NCBI RefSeq assembly: GCF_022045235.1
Contig: NW_027266308.1
Span: 37,076,001-37,140,000, forward strand
Direction: 5' to 3'
Origin: Haliotis cracherodii
Taxonomy: Eukaryota
Length of the DNA stretch: 64,000 nucleotides
Positions 13,769 through 26,856 of the stretch are shown here, piece by piece (position 1 is the first letter of the stretch; every line of letters begins with the position of its first letter). The position numbers and the translations under genes are program-made. A model generated the notes under the pieces. The model saw nothing but the letters and a program-made list of their open reading frames with translations, did not search any database and had not been told where the DNA came from.

Positions 13769-16700
13769 ATGGAATCGAAGCTATTAACTGTTGCTGTTTT
13801 GTTTGGAGTCTTGTCCATAGTTCACAGCCAAGGACCTTCATGGAAGCCTTGTGGTAAGTATTCTCAATGTCGCGATGTTCAGCGTGAACGGTAGTTGCGA
13901 AAATTGTACTAGGGCTGCAACTAGGGCTGGGATGAGTCAAAATGTACTTCCCAGTTACCCACCCCCTATTACCCGACCCTACCCAAGTGAAAATTCATAT
14001 CATTTTTTTTATTGAATGTCCTTTATTTAAATCAGCTAGAAACGAATTGATACACTCACTATTGTAATTGTGAAAGATGCTTGTGATGTAAATATTGACC
14101 TGATGCTAGTTGGAAATGCAAGTTTACCTAATCATGTGAACGAAAGCATTTTTAGGAATGTACATACATATATAAAGAAAACAAAAAGGTTTGAGTGAGC
14201 AATGTGAACATGTCGAATGTACATACGTTTCTCTATCTCTTTCCTTTCCTTTCCTTTCTGTCATTTGATTTATTAACTGTAAATAAGCATACATGTAAAT
14301 CTATGGGAGAGACCGTTCTAAGTTGTGATAACTTGTGCCCAATCCTTTTCATGAGAATAAAATATGTTTAAACAAAACCCGGCCCTGCCCGAGTACACGC
14401 TGTAGGTCCCAAGAGATAGGTCCAAATGTCCGATTGGGAATAGTTTGACCATAGCCCTGGCAAAATGTATTTAAGTGCTCGTATAAAACAATCTGGTCAT
14501 GCATACACTGAAGTTGACTGAAGTTTTATCTTTATTCAAGCATACAAAGTCAGAAAGGAAATGCGAATATTAGTCACTTATAAGTGACTAATATTCGCAT
14601 TTCCCTTCTGACTCCTAACCACAGAGTTCCAGGTAATTTGTGAAATTAATCAATGTATCACGTGAATAACCGTGGGTCCGGGTAGTCCTGTGTGTACCTG
14701 GGTCCTACTCAGTATCCACCCGACCCGAGTACCCATGCTATCCATCCCAGCCCTAATAGCAACGATTCACTCCTTCATCAACTGTTCAAAATGTTGTACT
14801 AGAGCCCAATGCTGATTTTTCACCAGCCTTTAACATGCATGTTTAAAGAATATCGGCCATCGGGGACATGTGGGTACAAGAAATATTCACAATAACTCCA
14901 TAGTTACACAGCAAAGTCAAAGACTGAAATATGTTTGAATAAAGATAAAGCTTCACCTAGTCTATGGTCTGGAAGATAATTTAAGGTACCGACGTTTACT
15001 ACGATATCTGAAAAACTATCGGACCTACTCCAGTCAAAGTTGGTATGAGATTATTAAACAGTCACACATAACTGGATATTACATTTAAAGACAATCGGTG
15101 CATGAATAAAATATCTGTCTATTTAGCTATCACTATATTTCATCAACAACCAGTCCTGTGCGTCACGGGTGGAACGAGCATCATTGAAACAGCCATCTGC
15201 ATAATGCTAGCCCTGCATCACAGGGCCATATGACTCGAAAGGGTGCACGGGAATCACGCACACACGAATACGGTGTCAGCGTTGGCCGTCTCAAGTTAAT
15301 GAATCGAATCGAGAAAATAAGATATGTATTTTACTTCCCATTCATAAATCCTTTTAATCCATGAACAGTAGAATCCAAAATATGAAATATATTGAAGATT
15401 AAAGTGCTTTCATAAACTAGCGCTTGCTATGAAATGCGCAGCAACAGGATATTTTTAGTATACAAATATTCCAAACTCAACGACATTGCAGGAAGATATG
15501 ATACCGGAAAGATCACCGAGAGGAGCTTATACACACTTGATGACCCAGCAAACTCTGTTGCAAGGCTGACGTCACAGGGCTTTGTTTCGTGTTTTGCAAC
15601 AAAATTTTATAAATTAATGAGAAAATTCTGTGTATGTGAAGGGGGCATTATGCATTTTGATTGTGAAACATTAGTGGATAGGTCGGATAAAAGGCAAATA
15701 CATTGTACACGATTTTTGTTATTTATCTTAAAGTTTGATTTGGATCGGAAAGTGATAAAAATATGATGATGTATTTTTGGAAAATCTTCTGATTCAATCA
15801 GTTAAAAACCGCTCGATTAAACTTTGTCAAAGTGATATTTAACCTTTTCATTCTGATGTATTTTTTCTTAATTTCCAATTTTTGAGGTTGTTGGATCCAT
15901 AATCCAAGCAAAATAAATGAGACAAGTGTCCATGAATCTGCAACAAACTAAACAGAAAAATGTTTGTGTGATCATAATTTTTAGGTGTGAACTTTGACAA
16001 TGCTTGATAAGGACTTTTTATTTTGTCACAATTCTTTATCTACCCTGTAGAGCTGAGTATCACCTGGTATCTTGTGATACGATTCGCATCACGATAGGCG
16101 CTGACAATACCACTGGAAGCATGTTACGCCACATCAAATTGTAAGAAATGATGACGTCACTGAAGTACAGCTCTAAAACCTCTTTCTTCATGCATTTAGT
16201 GATTGTTGTCTCAAAAACGTTAACAAAGAAAACCACATAACAAAACAGTTTTGAATGAAGAGACAGTTATTAAATTTAACAGTTTGTCAGTGCTACCATG
16301 TCCTGTTGTGCCATGCTTACAGGTGGCGCTATGCTTCTTCTACCATTATGGGAGGTAACTCTATTAGTTCCTGTTCTAAACGTACGGTTCAAGTATCATG
16401 TGTACCTGAGTAGCGATGATATTGTTGGTATTGGTGCATCGTTACATCCCCAATATCCCGCATATAGAAAAGACTCATTTCAAACTAGTAGTGAATCATC
16501 ATGATCATACTCATGTATTCTCTCGTCACACCGAAGACCCGGGTTCGATTCCCGACATGGGTACACTGTGTGAAGCCCATTTCTAGTTTCCCGCGCCGTG
16601 ATATTGCTGGAATATTGCTCAAAGCGGCGTAAAACCATACTCACGCACTCACTCATACTTATGTATGATAACTAATGTTTTTTGGTGAAAACAAGTAGTC

Positions 16701-19700
16701 CTATCATGTTACCTTGTCTTGGTCCTTGTGTATAGCCCTGCTTTAGTGATACGAAATGCTTGTACACAGTTATCTGTTATGTTGCAGACTCTTCCAAGTA
16801 TGAAGGTGTGGTGGCTTCAGTTGGCACTAATGCCACAGTTACTGGTGGTGTAGTGCAACTCATGAAAGGCACTGGTGTTATTTTTGATGTGTCATTCAAG
16901 ACAAGTAAGTTTGTACTATTATCATGCTGATAAACCATGTCTACTGGAAAACAAAACTAATGTTCCATCTTAACTCAATTCTGATTGGGCAATGAACATT
17001 TGTGACAGTAAAGTAGTCTCTTACATTTACTGTTTTGGTTGTTTGTTGTTTAATGCTGGACTCAGCAATATTCCAGCTATTTGATGGGGTCCTGTCAATA
17101 AAAGTTAGCCCCAGACAATCCATTGATTGATAATGTTAGCAAAGATCCACCCTGTCGGGGTACAATGACACACAATCAGCAAGGTCACTGAGTCTGACCT
17201 TCTGATCCATTTGGTTGCATCGGTTGCTGGTGACCTCTTTTAACCCGGAATATACACTGGGGACCATAACATTACCACATAAGCAGATCGGGAATCCACA
17301 CTGGGGACCATAACAGTACCACGGGCAGATTGGGAATCCACACTGGGTACAATAACATCACTGCAAAGGCAGATCGGGAATTCCCACTGGGTACAATAAC
17401 AGTACCACAGGCAGATTAGGAATCCCCACCGGGGACAATACCAGTACCACAGAGGCAGATCGGGAATCCCCACTAAGGACCATAACAGTACCACAGGCAG
17501 ATTGGGAATTCCCCCTGGGGACAATGCCAGTACCACAGGCAGATCAGGAATTCCCACTGGGGACCATAACAGTACCACAGGCAGATCGGGAATCTCCACT
17601 GGGGATAATAACATCACTGCAGAGGCAGATCAGGAATTCCCCCTGGGGACAATACAGTACCACAGGCAGATCTGGAATTCCCCCTGGGGACAATACCAGT
17701 ACCACAGGCAGATCGGGAATTCCCCCTGGGGACAATACCAGTACCACAGGCAGATCGGGAATTCCCCCTTGGGACAATACCAGTACCACAGGCAGATCAG
17801 GAATTCCCCTGGGGACAATAACAGTACCACAGGCAGATTGGGAATCCCCACCGGGGACAATAACAGTACCACAGGCAGATCGGAAATTCCCACTGGGGAC
17901 AATAACAGTACCACAGGCAGATTGGGAATCCCCACCGGGGACAATACCAGTACCACAGGCAGATCGGGAATCCCCACTGGGGACAATAACTACCACAGAG
18001 GCAGATCGGGAATCATAGGTATAATAGGTCCCCAGTAACCATGGTAACCTATGCTTGTCATACAAGGTGACTAAATGGGTTGGATGGTGAGGCTTGGTGA
18101 CTAAATTGATAGCATAACATTGTACCTTGATAGCCTGGTACTTTACTCATAATATCAACCACTGTTTTTTAAGATCGGGTTTCATATTTCTGGAAAATTT
18201 CTTTATTACAAGGTGATGTTGTTAATGTAGACTACATATAACCATGCGCCAATAATAGTCATACTTTAGATTTTACTTATTTCTTGTTTTTTTTCTTTTT
18301 TAACGCATTTCAGCGCACCTGTTATTTCGTTACCATAGTCACTATGAAATATTGTTTGATAAAGTCTTTATTTTGTTGAAGACATTGAAGTCACAAGTGC
18401 GACAGCTGTGGTTCACGGAATAATTGCTGGCGTGGCTGTTCCCTTCCCACTGGATAACCCTCAAGCATGTAAAGACTCGGGATTGACCTGCCCCCTAAAA
18501 ACAGGAACTGGGTACAAATACAAATCAGTGATTCCAGTGAAGTCGTACTACCCAGATGTAAGTACTATTTAGCAAAGAATAGCTCCGTGGAATAGCAACA
18601 TTGATTGAAATAGTCAAATATCATGGTGTACCAAATCATGTCTGCAGGAACATAGCTTATGTCATAATGGCCGTGTTCGAAACTAAGCATGAAATCCAAT
18701 AGGGGTCCTTGTCAGAACCACAATGTTAAAAACGGTAATATTTATGGAGTCCTTATATTTGTGTATGCAAATATACCAGTCCTCTTTTCATAGGGATATT
18801 TTTATCTTTCCATGATACTAAAAAAGGTCTTAAGTGTCAAGTGTATATTTAAATATATGTGACATATTTGATTATCTCAATCAAACATTGAGTAGTGTAC
18901 TATAGCAGCATCCCTCAAGACTTCACTTAACTTTAATCACTGTAAAGGATTTAGGAATATGGTTATTTAAATGATTTAGGAATTAAGTTATTGTATTGGG
19001 GGAATTTCTAGCACACTGGTCCAAGTGAGCTAATGGTAATGCTTGTTAACATGGCCAGTCACATCCTTCACCTCGTAATATGACTTCGTGTTGCTTAAAC
19101 TCAATTACGATTATAGTCAGCATACATTTCTGGTGTACCCCGCCGTGATATTGCTGGAATAAGACCATACTCAAAGCAGTCAGTATGGACGTATCACTCT
19201 GTGAATACATGTACCAGATGAGCTTCAGCGCCATCATGTAGTTTTGTTTTTTAAGAATTATTCCCCAAGAAGCAGCTCAGTGAGTGAGTGAGTTGGGTTT
19301 AATGCCACTTTTAACAGTATTCCAGTTATATTGCGGCATGTCAGCTTCATGTGGGAGGGAAGCCTGAAGTGATGCAGGTCTTAGACATTTACCACTTCGG
19401 TGAAACCCACGAGCACGGGTATGGTGCTGACAATCGTAGAAACATAATCGGGGCAAACCGGGATTTGAACCCATAATCAAAGATTTCTGGCACGCTCAAG
19501 GGGCGCAACTCTGCACAGCAAATTGCGGTGACTTAGACGACTGGGCAGTTTGTGCCCCCAGAAGCAGCTCAAGGTTGGAGAGATTGGTTTTGGCTAAGTT
19601 ATGCTCTCTAATCGGCAGGTGAGGCTTGTGGTCAAGTGGCAGCTCAATGACGAGAAGGCCAACATCATCTGGTGTGTGGAGATGCCGGCAGAGATCAAGT

Positions 19701-19702
19701 GA
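13769..19702 (+). CDS. NPC2: NPC2-like ML-domain lipid-binding protein, paralog A (153 aa, signal peptide)
   Basis: Exons 13769-13853, 16788-16904, 18382-18557, 19619-19702; GT-AG introns, phases 1,1,0. Translation MESKLLTVAVLFGVLSIVHSQGPSWKPC-DSSKYEG...FDVSFKT-NIEVTSATAVVHGIIAGVAVPFPLDNPQACKDSGLTCPL...IPVKSYYPD-VRLVVKWQLNDEKANIIWCVEMPAEIK*. Has the NPC2 motifs AVVHGI..G..VPFP, C..SG..CP, PVKS.YP and LVV.W.L.D. Confidence 0.93.
13922..14755. mobile_element. Non-autonomous hAT-like DNA transposon in intron 1 of NPC2-A
   Basis: TIRs TAGGGCTGGGATG and CATCCCAGCCCTA, with subterminal ACCCG repeats. Related pieces at about 12290-12510 and 63295-64000. The TSD is only partial, so the superfamily is inferred from the TAGGG termini. 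Confidence 0.7.
17250..18013. repeat. 42-bp minisatellite (about 18 copies) in intron 2 of NPC2-A
   Basis: Unit CCACAGGCAGATCGGGAATTCCCCCTGGGGACAATACCAGTA. It explains the overlapping 14-aa periodic ORFs on both strands. Confidence 0.93.
19280..19559 (-). mobile_element. tRNA-derived SINE, family F3 (~280 bp, V-domain-like GGCTTTCCTCCCAC), in intron 3 of NPC2-A
   Basis: TSD AGAAGCAGCTCA (19268-19279 and 19560-19571). Other approximate copies: 24148-24425(+), 26874-27135(+, old), 32773-33038(+), 35851-36126(-), 43536-43807(-), 49661-49920(-), 52838-53103(+), 58175-58464(-). Confidence 0.85.
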
Positions 19703-22700
19703 TTCAACCAACCTTACAACTTTTCCAGTCTCCGCAGGATTTAAGAATGAAAAGACATAAAACCATATTTTTATAAAATATTGTGGGTGTATTTCAGAAT
19801 CTCGCTTTCTTTTTAATATCTTTGTCATGTTAAATCTCTACTATGTATGTGAGTACTCTTCTTTTGTTGTACATACATAAATTGAAATCTCTTCATGTAT
19901 ACATGAAACCATTTTAGATAAATGTCAGTGGTTTGCAGATAACATGTCTGTTAGTGGTTGAATCAATGCTTCTCTCAAAGGCAGGAAAAAGTTTGGCAGC
20001 TATCACAAAAGGTTCCAAAAGAAATCAAATCAGCCAAAATATAACTCACAGATTGTACTCTTTCCAGATAGAAGACATTTTGCCAAGAATGTTACAGACA
20101 CAGTCGTTGTCAGCTTGTTAATTACTTTACCACTCTCTAAATTGTCAGTCATGGTTGCTTATCTACCACGTTTAGTCAATTTTGATTAAATTAACGAAAT
20201 GATTTTTCTTCAGTTAGTTTCGAAAACATTAACAGAAAATGTTAAATTGTATAACCTCTTGACATGCCATAAAATGTGCTGAGAGTTATCTGCCCTTGTG
20301 TACCAAAATCCAAGGTCAGGAGACTCAAGGTGTTGCTGAATGAGACACATATTGGGCAGTGTTGGCATCTTGCATTTTGAAGATGCTGTGATAACTTAAC
20401 AACCTGACAGCAGATTTTTGTCATTGATTTGAGACATTCTAACTCAAGAACACTGTGTGCCAAATGTACAAGACATTTCAAAATGTCAGTATTGAAGTCT
20501 GTTAAAAATATTTACTGCATATGCAACTGTTCACATTCCTCATATAGAACAATATTTTACATTGTTGTATATCTATCTATAACTGCATGAAGGTCAAATG
20601 TTTCTCATTTTGCAAATTGTAGATTCTGTATAGCTGACCTGAGCGTAAGTCAGTCTGTTATTTGAAATATTTGTCTGAGACAGAATGAGATTGATATGTT
20701 ATTTGCATCTATCTTTTATATGTTGCAAAATAAAAGCCCTGTGTCATGCATATTTAGATCTTAACACTAGCCTGCTATCCAGGGGCTAGTAATAATTTCC
20801 AAGTTACCCATTGTTTTAGCATTACAAGGGTATTTATCTTTACCCAGGCTAGTATTAAAAGCTTTTGAGTTTAGTCTAACTGTGTATCATGTCGATGTAA
20901 AAGTTTCTTTATGATTCCTGCTGCCTCCTTGGGTATCCATATTAAAATGTGGTTAGATCTGTCCCTTTTTTTTGTTTCAAACTTTGTCATCACTTGCTGT
21001 TGGGTGTGTTGATCTGACCAAGTATTTTGTGCGAGTATAAAACTAATAAAATAAGTTCACAAGAGTAAATAATGTCTACATTTGTTATTCACATCCTTTG
21101 ATGGGTGTTCTCTCATCAAAGCTTGTGGAGCTTGTTGTGACATCGTGGGTTAGGAAGCAGATATCTAAGGAGACGTCCAAACATTGATGGCCTTATTGTC
21201 AGAAGTTTGGTTTGACAGTGTGTCGGGAAATATTACACAGGGCATTTGGGGCACAGACGTGAACATGGGAATGAGTGGGCAATGTACACTGACACCTTTT
21301 TATAAGAATAAACTATTTTCTATTATGAGCATGTGTGTTGTCATTTCTAACTGATCAGGGGTGGAAGAGGTCTTCGGGAACCCATGCTTGCCGTATAAGG
21401 CGTCTATGATTGTCGTAAGAGGCGACAAACAGGATAGGGAGGTTAAGCTCGTTGACTTGGTTCATGCATGTCTTCGTATCCCAATTGCGTGAATCGATGC
21501 TCATGATGCCAATCACTTGATTGTCTGGTCCAGACTCGACTGTTTACAGACCGCCGTCATATAGCTGAATTCGGTGTTAAATAACAAACAAACATTTTGT
21601 GTAGCGTTCAAAGCATGCTGTTCCCTATGTGTTTCGCCATACACAAAATATGCTGTGTTGTGTCAGCCCAACAGGTCACAGGCTGGTGACGTTTGGCAAG
21701 CCTTTGCCAGAGAAGTGAGGTGACGAACGGGGTTTAACATGGTATTATTGCACCTACACAGTATGCTGACTCCAAGCCAGCCAGTGCTTATTTCATCCCC
21801 TAATGCTGAGCGCCATACCGGGAAACAACAAGTACCATCTTTTGGTATGACCAGCCATGGATTGAACCACCGACCTACTGCTCTCTGGGCAGGCACTGTA
21901 TCTACTGGACCACAGGCAGACGGTGGCAGAGTGGAGTTCGATGGCTGGTGACTGTGCTAGAATGAGTTTGAGTTTATTGAGCTTCAGTTGTGCCCAGAAC
22001 TGAATCGCTTCATTTGTTGACTTCTGAGGCAAGAAGCGTCTCTGTTCACTCCAAAGGAGTGGACACAGGCAATATGCGTATGCATGATTAATTACTGGTG
22101 ACACTGTCAGTGGAAAGTGGACTTCTTTTATTATGTTCAGTGTGTACATCGTGTGGAACAAACTCTTCACCCCGAAGCTGGCCCACAGAACCTGTATGAT
22201 ATCAGCTTCTTCTCGTCAAGCTGACGAACGAACCGACGAACGAACGAACGAATTATCCCATTTTCGCCAGAGCATGCAGCTAGACACTGTATTTATCGGC
22301 ACGATAGTCTCATGGTCAAATATTTCCATTATCCTACAGAAGGCACGGGTTCGACACCCCCCATGTGGACAATATTTGAAGCCCATTTGAGGTGTGTCTC
22401 CCGTCGTGATATCGTTGGAATATTGCAAACAGCAGGGTAAATCTCAACTCTCTGTGTTCACTGTATGCCGCGTATCAACAGCTGTGTACACACGGAAGGG
22501 TTTCACATTCCTGCTGTGATGTACAGTGAACTTCCTCCAAGTTAGTGAAGATACTTTTTTTCGAGATTTAGCGCAACGACTTGACTTAGACTGAAAATGG
22601 CGGTAGTGCGCCACACAATCGGACATGTCATATATTGGCAGGTGATATGCATGTTTTTATATTAAACAATGTCCCATCCAAAGCATATTGCCTGTTAGGA

Positions 22701-24895
22701 ACAGCATTGAAAAGGGAAAGTGGCAAACCCGGAATGTGCCGGAAGTGAGTGAATGTTGGTTTATGCAAAACTCTACAATGGAATTTTGAAAATACTCGAT
22801 TCTCATTGGTCAGTATGAGGTTTCACCACCACCCTATCACTACTCAAGTTAATATTTACAGACAAGTGATGTGGTTCTAAATTAAATTTAGCCCAGTTAA
22901 ATTATTGAAAACAAAAGTCAGCAATATTCAACCAACCAATCTCATTAATAGCAGATCATTTAGAGATTTGATTTTGGAGAAAGGTAAGGTTAGAGCCTTT
23001 AGTTCAGAACACGGTTATTTTAACGTCAGGGAACTCCCAACCCACGTTATATTTAACCACAGGGTAGATTATTTTAATTCGGGTAAATAATTTTAAAGAT
23101 TTAACATTTTATGAACATCCTTTAACAGTGTGACGAGACTCCAGAACATGATATACATGATATACAACATAACTAGTTTAAGACTGACTTTGGCTATAAA
23201 GTTTCACATCTTACATGTGCCTTGAATGATATGTTAACCACATGTGAAATGGATGGTGTATGACTTAAACGAGTTGTGAAATATACTACATGTATTATTT
23301 GGAAGTGATAATTCATCATTTCGTCAGTAGTAATATGCTATGATTTTAATAAGCAGTTGTTATTATTTGCCACATTCTGCACTTCAAAATATTGTCAAAA
23401 ATACTGACGTTTATTTAACTGGTATTTGTTTAAATTTGATACATCAAATTTACACAAACACAGTTTGGCCTATTCTGTCATACAGGCACATATATCCATC
23501 ACGGCCCATGCAAGTCTATAATGTTTGGCAAGTATCTAAAAATAAAAAAGTCTCTGGGCTCCTTTTTATTATAGTTTGATAACCCGGATCTTCACGGGTC
23601 TGTTTCTCATTACCTTGAGCACACACTACAGTGTGTCAAATAACAAATTACTACGACAAGCGATAATGTTAACACCAGATCTAGGTTAACGCCTGGTTAA
23701 AAATTCTTATTAACTAATTCCGGCTTTAACATTATAACTTGTCATAGTTATTTCTTAATTGACACACTACAGTGTGTGGCTATTTTATACACAAATGTGG
23801 GTATAAAAAAAATACAGGACAAATGGAGTAATATGACAAGAAAGGTCAAGGCAACCTTCACGGACATATATGATGGCAAGAAAACCCATACATTTTATTT
23901 AGTACACAGAGCGAATGGTCGGTGGTTCGATCCCCTGGCCGCTTCATACCAAAAGTGACGTTGAAAGATGACACTTGTTGTTCCCTCGCCTGACGCTCGA
24001 AATCAAGGGAATAACTCACGGGCTGGCATGATATGTCAGTAGGCTAGCACCATGAAACCGCATTAGCACACACACGCACGTGCGCACACACAATATAATA
24101 AACTTTTAAACGCGACGTCACACCCTATTTTACATCAGTCATCAATCGGGGGTACGGGTGGCCCAGTCGTCTAAGGCGCCGCGATTCGCTGTGCAGAGTT
24201 GCGTACTTTGGGCAGGCCAGAAACCTATGATTGTGGGTTCGAATCCCGGTTCGCCCCGATTATGTTTCTAGGTTTGTCAGCACCATACCCGTGCTCGTGG
24301 GTTTCACCGAAGTGGTAAACGTCTAAGACCTGCATCACTTCGGGCTTTCCTCCCACATTAAGCTGGCACGCCGTGATATAACTGGAATACTGTTAAAAGC
24401 GGCGTTAAACCCAACTCACTCGCTCATTATGTCAATCAGAACTTTCGACTCCTGTGGTCAGACTCACAGCGTTTGACAGATTGTACGTGCGCTTCATGTG
24501 TGTCGTTTGTGTGGGATCAGGTATTTGTTGTGAACCGTGAAATTTAATTTGTAAACATATTTGTTTGGGAAATCTGGGAACGTATAGATCAGTACTGATA
24601 TTCCATACAAAGAAATAAGTTCATCACATTTCAATACCACAAGTAGTCTTACCCCGTTCACATGCGCCTCTATACATATGTGTGTACACGTGTGTAGCAA
24701 TACATACGTGAGTATACTTGTCATGTGAATGCGTTTACTTATGTGTGCATATTTACACCAGGAGCAAATGTGCATCATGTCTGGAGCAGGTGCAAATATA
24801 AATGTAAATTTGCACTGTGTGTATATGTTGCAATGTAAACGTTTATGTCAACGTAAAAGGATGATCTAATTAATATATATTCTTTTGCCAACACC

Positions 24896-25436
24896 CATCT
24901 TTCCCGAGGCAAGGGAGTTAACTGACTATAAAAGTCCAGTTTCCACCCTTGCCGAACTAGGCTGGTATTATGGAGTTACATTTTGGCTGGACTAACGAGT
25001 CTGTGCATAGTCCAATCAAAATCGCGCACCGAAATCGAAATCCGGTTCGTAAACTGTCATGCATATTTCGGTCGATTGCAGGATTTGCACAGCATGTGCA
25101 CCGCCAACTTGTTGTCAACAGATATTTTCCATATCTTTTCAAGTTTTTAATCAAGATACTCACCTGATTTGATGCATTTCGCGATGTAAGACTCGTTTTC
25201 TCACAATATAGATTTTGATTGTCGATTGTCTTGTTTGGGCGCCGCCATTTTGTTTGAAGCAAATGCAAGTGATACGAGAGGTGGAATCTGATTGGTCCAT
25301 AGGAGAGGCATAGAAGGGACTAAACTCGTAACAGCCACTGGTGGCGCTATGATCGAGCCCAGGAATTCCAGCCTAGTTCGGCAAGGGTGGAAACTGGACT
25401 TTTTAAGTCAGTTAACTCTCTTGCCTCGGGAAGATG
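24896..25436. mobile_element. MITE with ~70-bp TIRs and a 9-bp TSD (Mutator-like)
   Basis: TIR CATCTT(T)CCCGAGGCAAGGGAGTTAACTGACT...CTTGCCGAACTAGGCTGG; TSD GCCAACACC/GCTAACACC. Confidence 0.85.
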
Positions 25437-26821
25437 GCTAACACCAAGCAAATTGTCAACAGTTGCCAATTTTTATGCGTATATACAGAGTTGAGCGGAC
25501 GGTGTTTTCTTTTGGTTTCAAGGAGTCAAAACTTTGTGTACAAATTAAATCAAACACATGTTGCTTCGCTGAAGAAACTCTCTTCTCATAAAACTTTGAT
25601 TGGAAAACAACCTGTTTTGTGTTGAAAGTCGTAAACAGACTACGAATATGTGTGCCTTACACAATTTACATACTTTATTTACACACCTAAGATGCTTTTC
25701 ATGTGAACGCATAGTAAATTTACATATACGCACGTACGCTCTCCAAAAAAGAAACGCACAGGTAGATTTTTAGTAAATTTATTGTACCTAATAAAGTCGA
25801 TATATTTAATAAAATATCTTAGATACAAATATGAAATTTTGGAGCTCGATAGTCACATGTTGTCGTTGAATAAAGGCATTGAAAACTGTTCATTGTCATG
25901 TCACATAAGGCCACAAGCTTGCGCTGAACTCGTTTCTCGTGTGACCGCCCCGGGCAGCAATCACGCCTCTGCATCTCCTGGCCACTGAGTGAGTGAGTAA
26001 GTACGGTTTTACGCCGCTTTGAGCAATATTCCAGCAATATCACTGCGGTGGACACCAGAAATGGGCTTCACACATTGTACCTATGTCGGGAATCGAACCC
26101 GGGTCTTCGGCGTGACGAGCGATCGCTTTAACCACTGGGCTACCCGACCGCCCCTACTAGCCACTGACTGGATAAGTGTACGAATACTGGCCTGCGGAAT
26201 TCTGTTTTGACGCACCGTTTGTCGAATATCAGGCCACCAACATTTGCCAATAACATATATCCAATTTATATCCTGGATGTTTTGTGTAGTCAGGTTCAAT
26301 GAGCTACATACCACCTGTGCGTTTCTTTTTTTTATTACTCACGTTAGTAAATGTTGTGCATGTGAACGGGGTATTAATTATTTTGATAAATACTGACGTC
26401 AAACATTCTGGAAAGTCACCAACTTATATCAAGAACCCCCCTCAGGGCGTGTCCAAATTCTATTACCTTTATTCCCACAGAGATTTGTATACACCACTAC
26501 CGTAAATACACCCTCAGGCGGACACACACCACATTGTCTTTGCTAAGCAACCATAGTACTTGTTAATAAAATGTGATATTCTGAAAATCAAATTATTTTG
26601 TTGAGCGTCTGCTGCTGGGAAAGTTAATATGGCCACAAATTGTTCAGCATGTGCATATACACACAACGTAGGTTAATAAAACCAGTGCTAATTGACACAG
26701 GTAGAAAATGAGTAACCACGACATTATTAAAACGATGATATAACAGCTGTTGCCATTGCGTCGATATCCACAAACCCAGATCACACTCGCTGTTTTATTA
26801 TATAGTCTGTCAGCTCGAGAC

Positions 26822-26856
26822 AGTTTATTTCTCGCTCCTCTTCTCCAACCTGAAAG
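26822..26856 (+). other. Candidate non-coding 5' UTR exon upstream of NPC2-B exon 1a
   Basis: TATA-like TATTATATAG near 26796, Inr-like ACAGTTT near 26820, strong donor AAG|GTAAGC at 26856/26857. The downstream ATG 27584 is immediately preceded by an acceptor (TTCTGATATTGCAG). Confidence 0.45.

Noticed and set aside
17240-18065. Long ORFs with GDNNSTTGRSGIPT repeats that look like a mucin or antifreeze-type protein
   Set aside because: By-product of a 42-bp intronic minisatellite that is open in several frames on both strands; including it would disrupt the NPC2-A domain and I found no convincing splice sites.
19703-26800. Possible additional NPC2 exons in the long A-B spacer
   Set aside because: I found no DCG-type exon 1, CxxxPC, VHG/PFP or VKW motifs by eye, only repeats. 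A tblastn search would be needed to exclude very decayed fragments.
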